This document shows positions 21,290-31,003 of a stretch of DNA of 64,000 nucleotides, piece after piece. The DNA lies in contig CBDCXR010000004.1 in the NCBI GenBank assembly GCA_965223845.1, positions 6,528,001-6,592,000 of the forward strand, read 5' to 3'. The stretch is from Planctomycetota bacterium (GTDB lineage: Bacteria > Planctomycetota > UBA8108 > SXIK01). Within the stretch, counting starts at the first letter, position 1. The number at the start of each line of letters is the position of its first letter. The notes under the pieces are model-generated. The model saw only the letters and a list, made by a program, of their open reading frames with translations. It had not been told where the DNA came from and did not search any database. The position numbers were made by a program, and so were the translations under genes.

Positions 21290-21536
21290 CTAGCCCTCCT
21301 CTCGCCGCTCGGTGCCGAACCGATCGCTTGGCCGCGGCCCCGCGTCCGGTCGTGAGCGATCCATCCCCGACCGAATGGAAGATCTGGAGCCCGCGCCACT
21401 CGCGGCTCGCCGATCGACCACGTCGGGGGCATCGTAAAAGGGCCGTGACGGCCGTGCAAAAAGAGATCCGTCGCTGTGGGGGGAGATCGGTTCGGATCGG
21501 CGGCCATCTGCGCCCGCGGATGTTCATTCGTCGACT

Positions 21537-23129
21537 TCAGACGCCGTCGCGAGTCCGTTCCCCGTCGATCGTACGCCAGATGCCGCTCGCGTTCTCGTTC
21601 CGTAGCTCGGGCGGGAGGGAGGCGCCCGGCCAACCCTGGTAGCAGAGCGGGCGGGCGAATCGAGCGATCGCTGCCGTCCCGACCGAGGTCGACCGCGAGT
21701 CCGTCGTGGCGGGGTACGGACCGCCGTGGTGCATCGACGGACAGACCTCGACTCCGGTCGGAAATCCGTTGAGGACCAGTCGGCCGACCTTTGTTTCGAG
21801 GATGCGAATGAGCGACGCGTGCGACCTGAGGTCCTCTTCCGTGGCGTGGACGGTCGCCGTGAGGTGCCCTTCGAGGTGCTGAGCGATCGATTCCATCTCC
21901 TCACGCGTGCCGCAGTGGACGACGAGCGTCGACGGACCGAACACCTCTTCGCTGAGGTCGGGACGGTGGAGAAACGTCTCCGCGTCGGTCGTGTACGCGC
22001 GGGCACGCGCCTCCGTGCGATCGGCGTCAGCGGACGCCGAGGACTCCGCGAGCAGCGTGACTCCACTCGTCGCTTGGAGACGGGTCGCCCCGCACTCGTA
22101 AGCTTCGAGAATGCCGCGATGGAGCATCGTTCCGGCGGGGGCGTCACTCACGGCTCGACGAAGCTGCTGCGTAAACGCCTCGAGCTCGGCGCTCCGGACA
22201 CCTACGACGAGCCCCGGGTTCGTGCAGAACTGACCGACGCCCAGAGTTACCGACTGCGCGAGCGCATCGGCGAAACCCTCCGCGCGCTCCGAGAGCGCGC
22301 CGGGAAGAACGAATACCGGATTGATGCTTCCCATCTCCGCGTAGACCGGGATCGGCTCGGGACGGCGAGCCGCGAGATCGAAGAGCGCCCGACCTCCCTG
22401 GAGGGATCCCGTGAACGCGACGGCTTTCGCCCCGGGATGCTCGACGAGATCCGTGCCGACGCGGTGGCCGCGCCCGTGGATCAGCGAGAACACGCCGTCC
22501 GGCATGCCGGTCTTCTGCGCGGCCGCGAGGACGGCGCGAGCCACGAGCTCGCAGGTACCGGGGTGGGCTGGGTGCGCTTTCACGACGACGGGACAGCCCG
22601 CGGCGAGCGCCGAGGCGGTGTCGCCGCCGGCGACCGAAAACGCGAGCGGGAAGTTGCTCGCACCGAACACGACGACCGGGCCGAGTGGAATCAACATCCG
22701 CCGGACGTCCGGTTTCGGCAGCGGTTCGCGCTCGGGTTGCGCCCGGTCGATGCACGCGTCAACCCATGATCCCTCCCGGACGAGTGCAGCGAACATCCGG
22801 AGCTGCCCGCAGGTTCGCCCGCGCTCTCCGGTGAGGCGAGCCGCCGGGAGCCCCGTCTCTTCGCCCGCGCGCTCGGTGAGCGCGTCGCCGATCGCGTCGA
22901 TCTCGTCCGCGATCTGATTGAGGAAGCCCGCTCGATCCTGCGGAGATCGTTCGCGGTAGGGATCGAACGCCTGAGTCGCCGCAGCGAGAGCCCAGTCGGT
23001 CTCCTTCTCGGTGGCTTCGTCGAACGCCGGATCGAGCTGGGCTCCCGTGGCCGGGTTTACGGCCCGAAACGATTCCTCGCCGGCCGCGACCGTTCGGCGT
23101 CCGATGAAGTGCTTTCCGTGGAGCTCCAT
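21537..23129 (-). CDS. NAD(P)-dependent 2,5-dioxopentanoate (alpha-ketoglutaric semialdehyde) dehydrogenase
   Basis: FGASNFPLAFSVAGGDTASA, YAEMGSINP, GQFCTNPG, HGGPYPATTD. Confidence 0.92.
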   Translation of the reverse strand: MELHGKHFIGRRTVAAGEESFRAVNPATGAQLDPAFDEATEKETDWALAAATQAFDPYRERSPQDRAGFLNQIADEIDAIGDALTERAGEETGLPAARLTGERGRTCGQLRMFAALVREGSWVDACIDRAQPEREPLPKPDVRRMLIPLGPVVVFGASNFPLAFSVAGGDTASALAAGCPVVVKAHPAHPGTCELVARAVLAAAQKTGMPDGVFSLIHGRGHRVGTDLVEHPGAKAVAFTGSLQGGRALFDLAARRPEPIPVYAEMGSINPVFVLPGALSERAEGFADALAQSVTLGVGQFCTNPGLVVGVRSAELEAFTQQLRRAVSDAPAGTMLHRGILEAYECGATRLQATSGVTLLAESSASADADRTEARARAYTTDAETFLHRPDLSEEVFGPSTLVVHCGTREEMESIAQHLEGHLTATVHATEEDLRSHASLIRILETKVGRLVLNGFPTGVEVCPSMHHGGPYPATTDSRSTSVGTAAIARFARPLCYQGWPGASLPPELRNENASGIWRTIDGERTRDGV

Positions 23130-23301
23130 GATCTCGCTGTCCTCGATGGCTTGCGGCTCGTAGAGAGCGCTCGAATCCGCTGCCCCAGCGTGCGACGAAA
23201 CGCGGTCGACGATCCATAGGTCTACGGGAACGACGTCCCGGCGTCTACCGTCACATCGAATCGTGCGATCGCGCGGGCTCGCGAGCCCGCGCAGACGAGG
23301 C

Positions 23302-24126
23302 TCACGCGACGGGGTTTTCGAGAACGCCGATGCCCTCGATCGCGATCTCGATGCGGTCGCCCGAGGCGAGGGAGAAGTCGCTCGGAGGGACGATGCCGGT
23401 GCCGGTCATCAAGAGACAACCGTGCGGGAAGCTCGTCTCTCGGAACAGCCAGCTGGCGAGATCGCGCGGTCGGCGCTTCAGCTCCTCGAGCGACGTCTCG
23501 CCGGCGAACGCGACGTCGTCGCCGCGACGGATGTGAAGTGAGATCGCGGTATTCGGGGGCAGCTCGCCGTCTTCGACGAGGAGACAGGGCCCGAGCGCGC
23601 AGCTCCCGTCATAGGTTTTCGCCTGCGGCAGATAGAGCGGGTTCTCGCCTTCGATGTCGCGCGAGCTCATGTCGTTTCCGATCGTATAGCCGACGATCTC
23701 TCCTCGCGCAGAAAGAGCGACGGTGAGCTCGGGTTCCGGAACGTTCCAGCGCGAGTCGCCGCGGATGCGAACGCATTCGCCCGGGCCGACCACGCGGTAG
23801 GGAGGTGCCTTGAAGAAGAGTTCCGGTCGGGCGGCGGAGTAGACGCGATCGTAAAAGTTTCCTCCGCCCGCGGCCTCGGCCTCTTCCATGCGCGCGTCCC
23901 GACTGCGGTAGTACGTCACTCCGGCGGCCCAAACCTCCTGCGTGCCGATCGGGGCACGGAGCTCGGTCGCCGGAGGCGCCGCGATTCTCGACCCGGACGC
24001 CGCGAGCTCTCGCAACCGATCGCCGAGAGCGTCGCTCGCGATGAGAGCGTCCCAGGTTTCCGGAACCGCGATGTACTCACCACCGGTAAAGACGACCGGG
24101 CCGGAGTCGAGTCGATAGAGCTTCAT
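23302..24126 (-). CDS. Fumarylacetoacetate-hydrolase family protein (2-keto-3-deoxy-pentonate dehydratase-like)
   Basis: [55 protein letters not shown]; ATG 24126. Confidence 0.9.
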   Translation of the reverse strand: MKLYRLDSGPVVFTGGEYIAVPETWDALIASDALGDRLRELAASGSRIAAPPATELRAPIGTQEVWAAGVTYYRSRDARMEEAEAAGGGNFYDRVYSAARPELFFKAPPYRVVGPGECVRIRGDSRWNVPEPELTVALSARGEIVGYTIGNDMSSRDIEGENPLYLPQAKTYDGSCALGPCLLVEDGELPPNTAISLHIRRGDDVAFAGETSLEELKRRPRDLASWLFRETSFPHGCLLMTGTGIVPPSDFSLASGDRIEIAIEGIGVLENPVA

Positions 24127-24292
24127 GGCGGCACTATAGCGCGCGCTCACGGCGGATTCACCGTTCGCCGCCCGCGTTCGGGCTATCGGAACCCGGTTCG
24201 ACAATCTCACGGCACCGGTTGAGAATCGAAATGGGGGACGAGACGACACCGGTTCGTCCACTCAGATCGCCCATCGCGGGAGCCGCGTTTTG

Positions 24293-25303
24293 ATGAAAAT
24301 CCTCGTTGTCGACGACGCCACGGATACTCGCCTCCTCTTGCGATCACTCCTCCGATCCGGTGATCACCACGACATCACCGAGGCGTCATCGGCGAAGGAG
24401 GCCTTTCGCATCCTCGGTATGGAGGGTGACGGGCCCGGGCAGCCGATCGATCTCGTTCTCATGGACCTCCGCATGCCGGAGATGAGCGGGATCGAGGCTT
24501 GCGGTCGAATCAAGTCGGACTCTCGCCTCTGCGATACGCCGATCATCATGGTGACGGCGTGCTCCGATACGGCGAGCCTCGAGGACGCGTTCGAAGCGGG
24601 AGTCACCGACTACATCACGAAGCCGGTCGGGCGTATCGAGTTGCTCGCACGCGTGCGATCGGTGCTCACGCTGAAGAGCGAGATGGACTGCCGAAAGCAG
24701 CGCGAGCTCGAGCTGCTCGAGATTCGTCACCAACTCGAGGAGGCGAACTACGAGCTCAAGAGGCTGTCGATTCAAGACGCTCTCACCGGGATCGCCAATC
24801 GGCGCATTTTCGAGGAACGAATGGACATCGAATGGCGTCGCGCCGTTCGCGACCACAGTCAGGTCGCGCTCATCCTGACGGACGTCGACAACTTCAAGCT
24901 CTTCAACGACACCTATGGCCATCAGGCGGGCGACGAGTGCCTGAAGGCGGTCGCGCGCGCGCTTCAGAGCTGCACGCAACGTCCGGCCGACACCGTCGCG
25001 CGCTTCGGCGGCGAAGAGTTCGTTGCGATTCTTCCGCGCACGGATCTCGAAGGCGCCGTGTTCGTCGCCGAGCGGATGCGCGAGGCGGTGGCGGAGCTCA
25101 AGATCCCTCATTCCCACTCGCCGACGAACACCGTCACGATCAGCCTCGGGTGCGCCGCCGTAACGCCGGCGCCCGATCTGTCGCGGAGCGCGCTTCTCAA
25201 GGCGACCGACGACGCCCTCTATCGCGCCAAGGAGGAGGGACGCAACCGCGTGGTCGTGGACGCGCAGGCCGAGTTCGATGCGGTTCTGACCGAGACCGTT
25301 TGA
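24293..25303 (+). CDS. Response regulator receiver + GGDEF diguanylate cyclase
   Basis: ILVVDD, MDLRMP, DYITKP; DALTG, DVDNFK..ND..GH..GD, RPAD I-site, RFGGEEF. Confidence 0.96.
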   Translation: MKILVVDDATDTRLLLRSLLRSGDHHDITEASSAKEAFRILGMEGDGPGQPIDLVLMDLRMPEMSGIEACGRIKSDSRLCDTPIIMVTACSDTASLEDAFEAGVTDYITKPVGRIELLARVRSVLTLKSEMDCRKQRELELLEIRHQLEEANYELKRLSIQDALTGIANRRIFEERMDIEWRRAVRDHSQVALILTDVDNFKLFNDTYGHQAGDECLKAVARALQSCTQRPADTVARFGGEEFVAILPRTDLEGAVFVAERMREAVAELKIPHSHSPTNTVTISLGCAAVTPAPDLSRSALLKATDDALYRAKEEGRNRVVVDAQAEFDAVLTETV

Positions 25304-25342
25304 GCGATCTTGAGCGCGCTCTGACCTCGTCGAGGGGAATTG

Positions 25343-25536
25343 CACACGAAGATCGCGAAGGACCGCGAAGAAAGACTAAGGAAGGAAGTTAGAAAGAGAG
25401 GAACGCAGCGGTTGAGTGCCGAACGATCGATCTTGAGCTCAGGACCGGTCTTGGTCGCTGCTCTCTATATCTCTCTATATCTCTCTTTCTCGACTCTTCT
25501 TCGTTCTTCTTCGCGGTCCTTCGCGGTCTTCGTGTG
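25343..25536. repeat. Inverted-repeat element with 30-bp arms (29/30 identical)
   Basis: CACACGAAGATCGCGAAGGACCGCGAAGAA (25343-372) vs reverse complement of 25507-536; inner AGAAAGAGAG/CTCTCTTTCT also pair. Confidence 0.92.
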
Positions 25537-25568
25537 AAACTCTCCTACTGGACGTATTTGCGTTCTAG

Positions 25569-26288
25569 TCACTCGCCACCCCGATCGCGGCGACCGTCGA
25601 GGATCATGATCTTCTGCCAGATCTTGCGCGCGAGGCCGTTCGTCAAGTCCTCGACTTCGTCGACCGCGGTGAGGACCACGGGATCGGAGAGATCGCCGAC
25701 GTAGAGCGCGCCGATCTTCGAAGTGATGCTGAGGAGCTCGCTGCAGTAGTCGAAGTAGCGACTGAGCTCGAACGGTGTCATCGTGCGGACGGGCGAGTGC
25801 TCGGTTCTGTAACGGTTGGCGAAAGCCGGCTCCGGGTCTTTCGTGAGCTGATGCATGTCGACGATGTGCGCGATCGCGCGGAGCTCGTGAATCGCGCGGA
25901 GCGCTCGCCCGCGCCGGATGCGGTTTTCGATCGTGATCACGAAGATCACGCCGGCGCTGATGAAAACGGCCGCCCCGAGAGCCGCCTCCAAGGTCGCGAG
26001 AAAGTTCGTCAGCTCCCAGATCTCGGCGGAATAGCGAATCTGCGTGAGGGCGATGAAGACCAGCACCGCGAGCCCAGCGGCGGCGATGAGCGTCGACACG
26101 ACCCGGAGGGGAAGATTCGGACGGCGAATCGACCGGCAACGCTCCTGCGCTTCGACTGCGAGCGTATGGAGTTCCGCCGCGACGTCCGCGAGGCTCGCCT
26201 CGGGGAATCGTTCGCGAATTCGCAGCTCGAGCCGCCGCGCGGTCTCGACGACGCGATCGGGTCGAAGCGCTCGATACGTCTTCTTCAT
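25569..26288 (-). CDS. Conserved-looking hypothetical two-TM membrane protein
   Basis: Two hydrophobic helices; RI.ERFP...L, HIVDMHQLTKDP, Y.DYCSE, IWQKI. Confidence 0.78.
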   Translation of the reverse strand: MKKTYRALRPDRVVETARRLELRIRERFPEASLADVAAELHTLAVEAQERCRSIRRPNLPLRVVSTLIAAAGLAVLVFIALTQIRYSAEIWELTNFLATLEAALGAAVFISAGVIFVITIENRIRRGRALRAIHELRAIAHIVDMHQLTKDPEPAFANRYRTEHSPVRTMTPFELSRYFDYCSELLSITSKIGALYVGDLSDPVVLTAVDEVEDLTNGLARKIWQKIMILDGRRDRGGE

Positions 26289-26340
26289 GCCGACTCGCGC
26301 GCTGCTGGACTCTGATCTGCGGTACGGGGGCTCACACTTT

Positions 26341-26374
26341 GTCGTCCCTTACGGACCTTCGCGCCCTTCGTGTG
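26341..26374 (-). repeat. Copy of the CACACGAAG periodic repeat overlapping the addB 3' end
   Basis: Reverse complement reads CACACGAAGGGCGCGAAGGTCCGTAAGG. Confidence 0.75.
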
Positions 26375-29300
26375 GAGTTTTTACTCGAGTTTGTGCGCTC
26401 GGGCCTGCCGGCCTCTCGGCCCGAACCGCCGCGAGAGTCTCGCGGCCGCGCCTCTTCTCTTGAACGGCCATGAAATCGGCGAGGCGCTCGTCGCGCAATG
26501 CTCTTTCGCTCGTCGGCTCGAAGCTGCGGCGGCAGGTGCGGCGATGGGCGCAGTAGCGACACCACGACCCTTTGCGGAGCGGAAACCAACCGTTCGTCGC
26601 GAGATTTGCCGCGACCTCGAGGCTCTCGAGGAAGCCGCGGCGTTCCGCATCGCTCAGATCGAGCCGCGCGCTCGACTCCCCGCGTGCTGTCGAGGAGAGC
26701 GACTCGGCGGACGGATACGAAGGGCCGACGCCGAGTAGCGTCGCGGTGACGGAATCGACATCGAGGCCCTCGGCGGCGGCGACGATCTCGCGGTAGAGCG
26801 CGAGCTGGACGTGCTCCCCGGCGAGAATGGCTCCGAGTCGCGCCCGGTCGGCGAGCTTTCCGCCGGTCTTGTAGTCTCCGATCGACGTGCCGTCCGGAGA
26901 TCTCACGAGACGATCGAAGCGACCCGCGACGTCGAGCGCGGCGCCGCTCGGAAGATCGATCCGCGCGCGGAGCGTGTGCTCGAGGTCGACCGACCGCGCG
27001 TTCGCCAGGCGTGTGACATCGCCGGTGACGAAACTTTCGATCGCTTTCAGCCACCGCGTTGCGAGGGCGCCGTAGAGCCCGCGGAGCCGCCGAAGCGAGG
27101 GGCTGGCGGCGCGATCGAACGCGTGCTGCCAGTGATGGCCCACGGCGCGCAGCGCGGCACCGCGGAGATCGTCGACCGGCGAATTCCATCCGGGTTCCGT
27201 GGCGATCTTCCGGTAGAGAGAGTCGAGCGCTTCGTGGACCGCGAGTCCGAGAACGCGAAACTCGAGATCGTGCGGATCGGCTTCTTCGGCGAGCTCCTCG
27301 ACGCCGAGCACGTCGCGGAAGAAGAAAGCCTGCGGGCAGCGCCCCAGACGCTCGAGGGCGGTCGGTGACCACTCGCGCGTCACGCCGAAGTCGGCACCGA
27401 GCATCGCGTCGACATCGGCACGGGCACGGTCGCTCCTCAAGTCTTCAACGGCCTCGACCCACGCGAGCGCTGCGGTGAGCGCGGGGGAGCCGATCGCGAG
27501 GGTCGCCGCCGCGTGCGCTGCGGCGGGAGGGCCGCCTTCGACGCCGGCGGCCACCAGCGCGTCACCGGCGGCGAGCGCGCCGAAGCGCGCGGAGGAGGCG
27601 AGGACGCGCACCCGTTCCGCCGGGTGAGCGGGGACGGCCTCGGGTCGATGCAAATTCTCTGCATCCGGGTCGAGGAGGCTTTCGGTAGACGCTCCCGCCG
27701 AGAAGAGACGCGCCACTTCCCTCAGCGCCGGCGATCTCCCGAGCGGACGTCCCGACGCGTCGGACCGAAGAGAGGAGACGACGAGCCTCTCACGGACCCC
27801 CGCGAGCGTCGTTGCGAGAAGAAGTCTCTCTTCGTCGTCCGCATCTCGGCTCAGGGGAAGCAACCTGCCGGTCGCGGCGGCGATCCGTTCGCGCGAAGCG
27901 TCCCCGAGTACGGTGTCGGGTCGACCGCGACGAGGAAACGACCCGCGGTGAAAGCCGATCCAGATCAGCGCGTGAAAGCGATGTCCCCGCGCTTGCATCA
28001 GATCGAGGACGCGCAGCGCGGGTTCGCCATCGGGTGGTGGAGGCATCGTCGCGGAAAGAGCGAACTCTTCGAGAGTGCGGAGCACCTCGATCGCGCTCAC
28101 CGGCTCGGAATCCGTCACCTCGCCGAGGGCTTCCAAAGCTTCGAAAAGAGATTCGAGCCCGTTCGGCGCCCACCGATCGCTGGGCGGCAGCCGGCGCTTC
28201 GCGATCGCGCGAAGAGCCGCGTGATGCTCGGCGAACGTACGCGCCGCGCGCCAAGCTTCGGCGTCGTCCTCGAGCTCGTCGAGGCGATCGAGAAGCGCGG
28301 TGATCGAGCGTCGAGATCGTTCAGGCCGGGTTTCCACGGTGTCGCGGCGAGGCGTACCGGTCGAGTCGCCGGAGCGTTTCGCTCTCTCGTCGCGGAGATC
28401 GTCTTCGGTCGCGGTCGGGCGACCTCGGACCCAGCGGGAGCCGTCCTCTCCGGAGTGGATCTCGAGCCACTCCGGGATCCGTCGCCACGCGTCGAGTCCC
28501 GAGCTGATTCCCGCCTCGCGGGAGACTCGGTCGCAGCGATCGATGTCTTCCGAAGAGAGAGCGGCGGAGGAGTCGTCTTCCGGCGAGCGATGCGAATCAG
28601 CCCGAAGAATCCGTCGCCGGAATAGATCGATGACCGCGGCGCGCTCGAAGTCTCCGGCGAGGACTTGGAGAAGAGCGAAGAACGCTGAGACCGTGCGCTC
28701 GCGCCGGAGTGGCGAGCGAGCCGACGTCGACAGCGGAACGTTCAGCTTCCGCGAGACGAACGGGATGCTCGTTGCGTAGGGCTCGAGCGAGCGGGGGACG
28801 ATCGCGAGATCGCTCCAGTCGATCCCGTCGTCGCGGTGGAAGCGGAGCGCGCGGAAGACCGCGGCCTCGAGCTCGGCGGCTTCGCTCGGCGCCGTGACGA
28901 GCTCGAGCCGCGGACCGCCATTCGCAGCCGGCGGCTCGCGGGGTGGATCGCTCGCCGCTCCGATCTCCGCGAGTGCGGCGATCCACTCGTCACGCGGCGA
29001 ACCCGCATCTCGGTCCGTTCGGAGGGACACGTGCTCGACGTCGTCTCCGAGTGAGGCGACGAACCGGGCCGAGTAGCGGCCGGCCGGGGTCCCGGAGGCG
29101 GCGGGGAGGAGGAACTCCATCGGGGCGTGAGCGTCGACGACGCGCGCGAGGTCAGAGTTCATTCCTACGAGCTCGTAGGCGCCGTAGTGGAACGACCGAG
29201 CGATCTTCTTGGCGGCGAGGAAATCGCTCACATGCGGAAGCGCGCTCGCGACGATCCCAGCCGTGTCCGTCCAGCCGGCTCGAAGAGCGCGCTCGAGCGA

Positions 29301-29774
29301 TCGCTCGACGTCCGCGCACAGCCGGTAGAGCTCCGGCGCGACGCGACCGCGAAGTTCCTTCGCGCGGAGTCCCGCCTCGCGGAGATCGCGCACGGCTCCG
29401 ACGAGCGCGCGCCGCGCACCGGGAAAGCGCCGCCAGTGATCGTACGCCGCCGGGTCGCCCTTTGGTGCTCCGGCCTCCGTGCCCGACAGCGCAGCGGCGA
29501 TCCAGCGTTCGACGACCGCGTCGGGAACGAGTCGAAATGAAGGCTGAAGCGCGAACTCGAGGACTCGCCGGCAAAAACCGAGGTGCGTCTCGACGTGGAG
29601 CTGGAGACACGCGCTCGTGCGATCCAGCACGTCTCGCTTGAGTCGCGCGGCGAGCCGCCTCGTCGGAACGAGCACGAGCAGAGGGTCGTCGAGACCGCCG
29701 CGCGGGCGGGACGAGATCGCCGCCAAGATGCGTTCGTTGAGGGCGTCGGTATCGAAGGAGCCGATGAGCTTCAC
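26349..29774 (-). CDS. addB: AddB-like PD-(D/E)XK nuclease with inactive helicase fold and Fe-S cysteines
   Basis: VLVPT, WSPTALE..GRCP..FF, G..VHEAL, GRFDRL, DYKTG, QLALY, CRYC.....C; GTG 29774 just downstream of the enolase stop. Confidence 0.85.
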   Translation of the reverse strand: MKLIGSFDTDALNERILAAISSRPRGGLDDPLLVLVPTRRLAARLKRDVLDRTSACLQLHVETHLGFCRRVLEFALQPSFRLVPDAVVERWIAAALSGTEAGAPKGDPAAYDHWRRFPGARRALVGAVRDLREAGLRAKELRGRVAPELYRLCADVERSLERALRAGWTDTAGIVASALPHVSDFLAAKKIARSFHYGAYELVGMNSDLARVVDAHAPMEFLLPAASGTPAGRYSARFVASLGDDVEHVSLRTDRDAGSPRDEWIAALAEIGAASDPPREPPAANGGPRLELVTAPSEAAELEAAVFRALRFHRDDGIDWSDLAIVPRSLEPYATSIPFVSRKLNVPLSTSARSPLRRERTVSAFFALLQVLAGDFERAAVIDLFRRRILRADSHRSPEDDSSAALSSEDIDRCDRVSREAGISSGLDAWRRIPEWLEIHSGEDGSRWVRGRPTATEDDLRDERAKRSGDSTGTPRRDTVETRPERSRRSITALLDRLDELEDDAEAWRAARTFAEHHAALRAIAKRRLPPSDRWAPNGLESLFEALEALGEVTDSEPVSAIEVLRTLEEFALSATMPPPPDGEPALRVLDLMQARGHRFHALIWIGFHRGSFPRRGRPDTVLGDASRERIAAATGRLLPLSRDADDEERLLLATTLAGVRERLVVSSLRSDASGRPLGRSPALREVARLFSAGASTESLLDPDAENLHRPEAVPAHPAERVRVLASSARFGALAAGDALVAAGVEGGPPAAAHAAATLAIGSPALTAALAWVEAVEDLRSDRARADVDAMLGADFGVTREWSPTALERLGRCPQAFFFRDVLGVEELAEEADPHDLEFRVLGLAVHEALDSLYRKIATEPGWNSPVDDLRGAALRAVGHHWQHAFDRAASPSLRRLRGLYGALATRWLKAIESFVTGDVTRLANARSVDLEHTLRARIDLPSGAALDVAGRFDRLVRSPDGTSIGDYKTGGKLADRARLGAILAGEHVQLALYREIVAAAEGLDVDSVTATLLGVGPSYPSAESLSSTARGESSARLDLSDAERRGFLESLEVAANLATNGWFPLRKGSWCRYCAHRRTCRRSFEPTSERALRDERLADFMAVQEKRRGRETLAAVRAERPAGPSAQTRVKTPHEGREGP

Positions 29775-29799
29775 GTCTCGCCCCGCGCGTGCTCGGGTT

Positions 29800-30984
29800 T
29801 CAATCGACCTCGTAGCGTCGGAGTGCGTCGAGATCGACCTCGATGCCGAGCCCGGGCTTCTCCGGCGGCACGATCCATCCGTCCCGCATTTCGAGATCTT
29901 CGGGCACGAGCTCCTGGCGGAGCCGCGAGTCACAAAGCTCGGCCGGTAGGAACTCGATGAAGGGGCAGTGCGGCGTCACCGCGGCGAGGTGTGCGCTCGC
30001 TGCGATTCCGATTCCGGTCTTCCAGCAGTGCGGGACGACCAGGCGCCCGCGCTCGCGGGCCATCTCGGCGATGCGCATCGCCTCGGTGAGCCCGCCGCAG
30101 CGTCCGATGTCGGGCTGTGCTATATCCACTAGACCGCGGTCGAGGAGCTCTTCGAACTCGAAGCGCGTCGTTTGCCACTCGCCCGCAGCGACGGGGATGG
30201 GCGACTCGCGATGGATGCGCGCGTAGCCGTCGAGGTCATCGATCGCGAGAGGCGTTTCGATGAAAAAGATATCGAGGTCCTTCCAGTCGCGGAGCGTCCG
30301 GATCGCCGCGTCCGGATCCGACCACGCGTACTGGACATCGACCATCAGCGTAAACCCCGGGCCCACGGCGTCTCGGCACGAGCGAACGACTTCCGTGACT
30401 CTTTCGTCCGGTTCATTCAGCCCGCTGTGGTTGTACGGTCCGCTGAGGGTGCACTCGAGCTTCGCCGCGCGAAATCCGAGCTCCTTGGCGCGGAGCACCC
30501 ACGCGACGAGGGAGTCGCGGTACTCTTCGAAGGAGCTCCCGGACGGCTGGAGCGAAGCGTACGGAGTGATGCGATCGCGCACCGCTTCTGGACCGACACT
30601 CTCCGCGAGCAACTGCCAGCACGGCTTACCCGCTGCTTTTCCTCGGATGTCCCAAAGGGCCATGTCGAGTGCGCCGATCGCGTTCACGCCCGCACCGCGG
30701 CGGCCGTTCATCGCGCTCCCGACGTAGAGTTTCTGCCAGAGTCGCTCGGTCTCGAGCGGATTCTCACCGATCAGCATGTCGGTGAGACCGCGTCCCATCG
30801 TGTGTGTGCTCGGCGCGGTGATGCACGCGCGCGCGATCCACGGATTGACGTCGGTCTCTCCGACTCCCGTGATGCCTTCGTCGGTGTGGACGAAGACGAC
30901 GATCTCATCCTGGGCGGACGACGTCGCCTCCGTGTCGAGGTCCGGAACGAGGAGGACGTGACAATCAATCTGGGTGATCTTCAT
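29800..30984 (-). CDS. Mandelate racemase/muconate lactonizing enzyme family (sugar-acid dehydratase-like)
   Basis: TDEGITGVGE, DMALWDIRGK, LMVD, FIETPL, AAGE, QPD...GG, PHCW, PGLG. Confidence 0.93.
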   Translation of the reverse strand: MKITQIDCHVLLVPDLDTEATSSAQDEIVVFVHTDEGITGVGETDVNPWIARACITAPSTHTMGRGLTDMLIGENPLETERLWQKLYVGSAMNGRRGAGVNAIGALDMALWDIRGKAAGKPCWQLLAESVGPEAVRDRITPYASLQPSGSSFEEYRDSLVAWVLRAKELGFRAAKLECTLSGPYNHSGLNEPDERVTEVVRSCRDAVGPGFTLMVDVQYAWSDPDAAIRTLRDWKDLDIFFIETPLAIDDLDGYARIHRESPIPVAAGEWQTTRFEFEELLDRGLVDIAQPDIGRCGGLTEAMRIAEMARERGRLVVPHCWKTGIGIAASAHLAAVTPHCPFIEFLPAELCDSRLRQELVPEDLEMRDGWIVPPEKPGLGIEVDLDALRRYEVD

Positions 30985-31003
30985 CGCAGCGCGAGCATCG
31001 AGC

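Noticed and set aside
25340-25537. Small ORFs reading HTKIAKDREE / HTKGTRRKTK (also near 37681, 39038, 60797)
   Set aside because: Translations of the DNA repeat and purine tracts, with no consistent start or RBS
17171-29774. Helicase-nuclease plus Fe-S nuclease as a Cas4 or defence system
   Set aside because: Sizes and motifs fit the housekeeping AddAB pair
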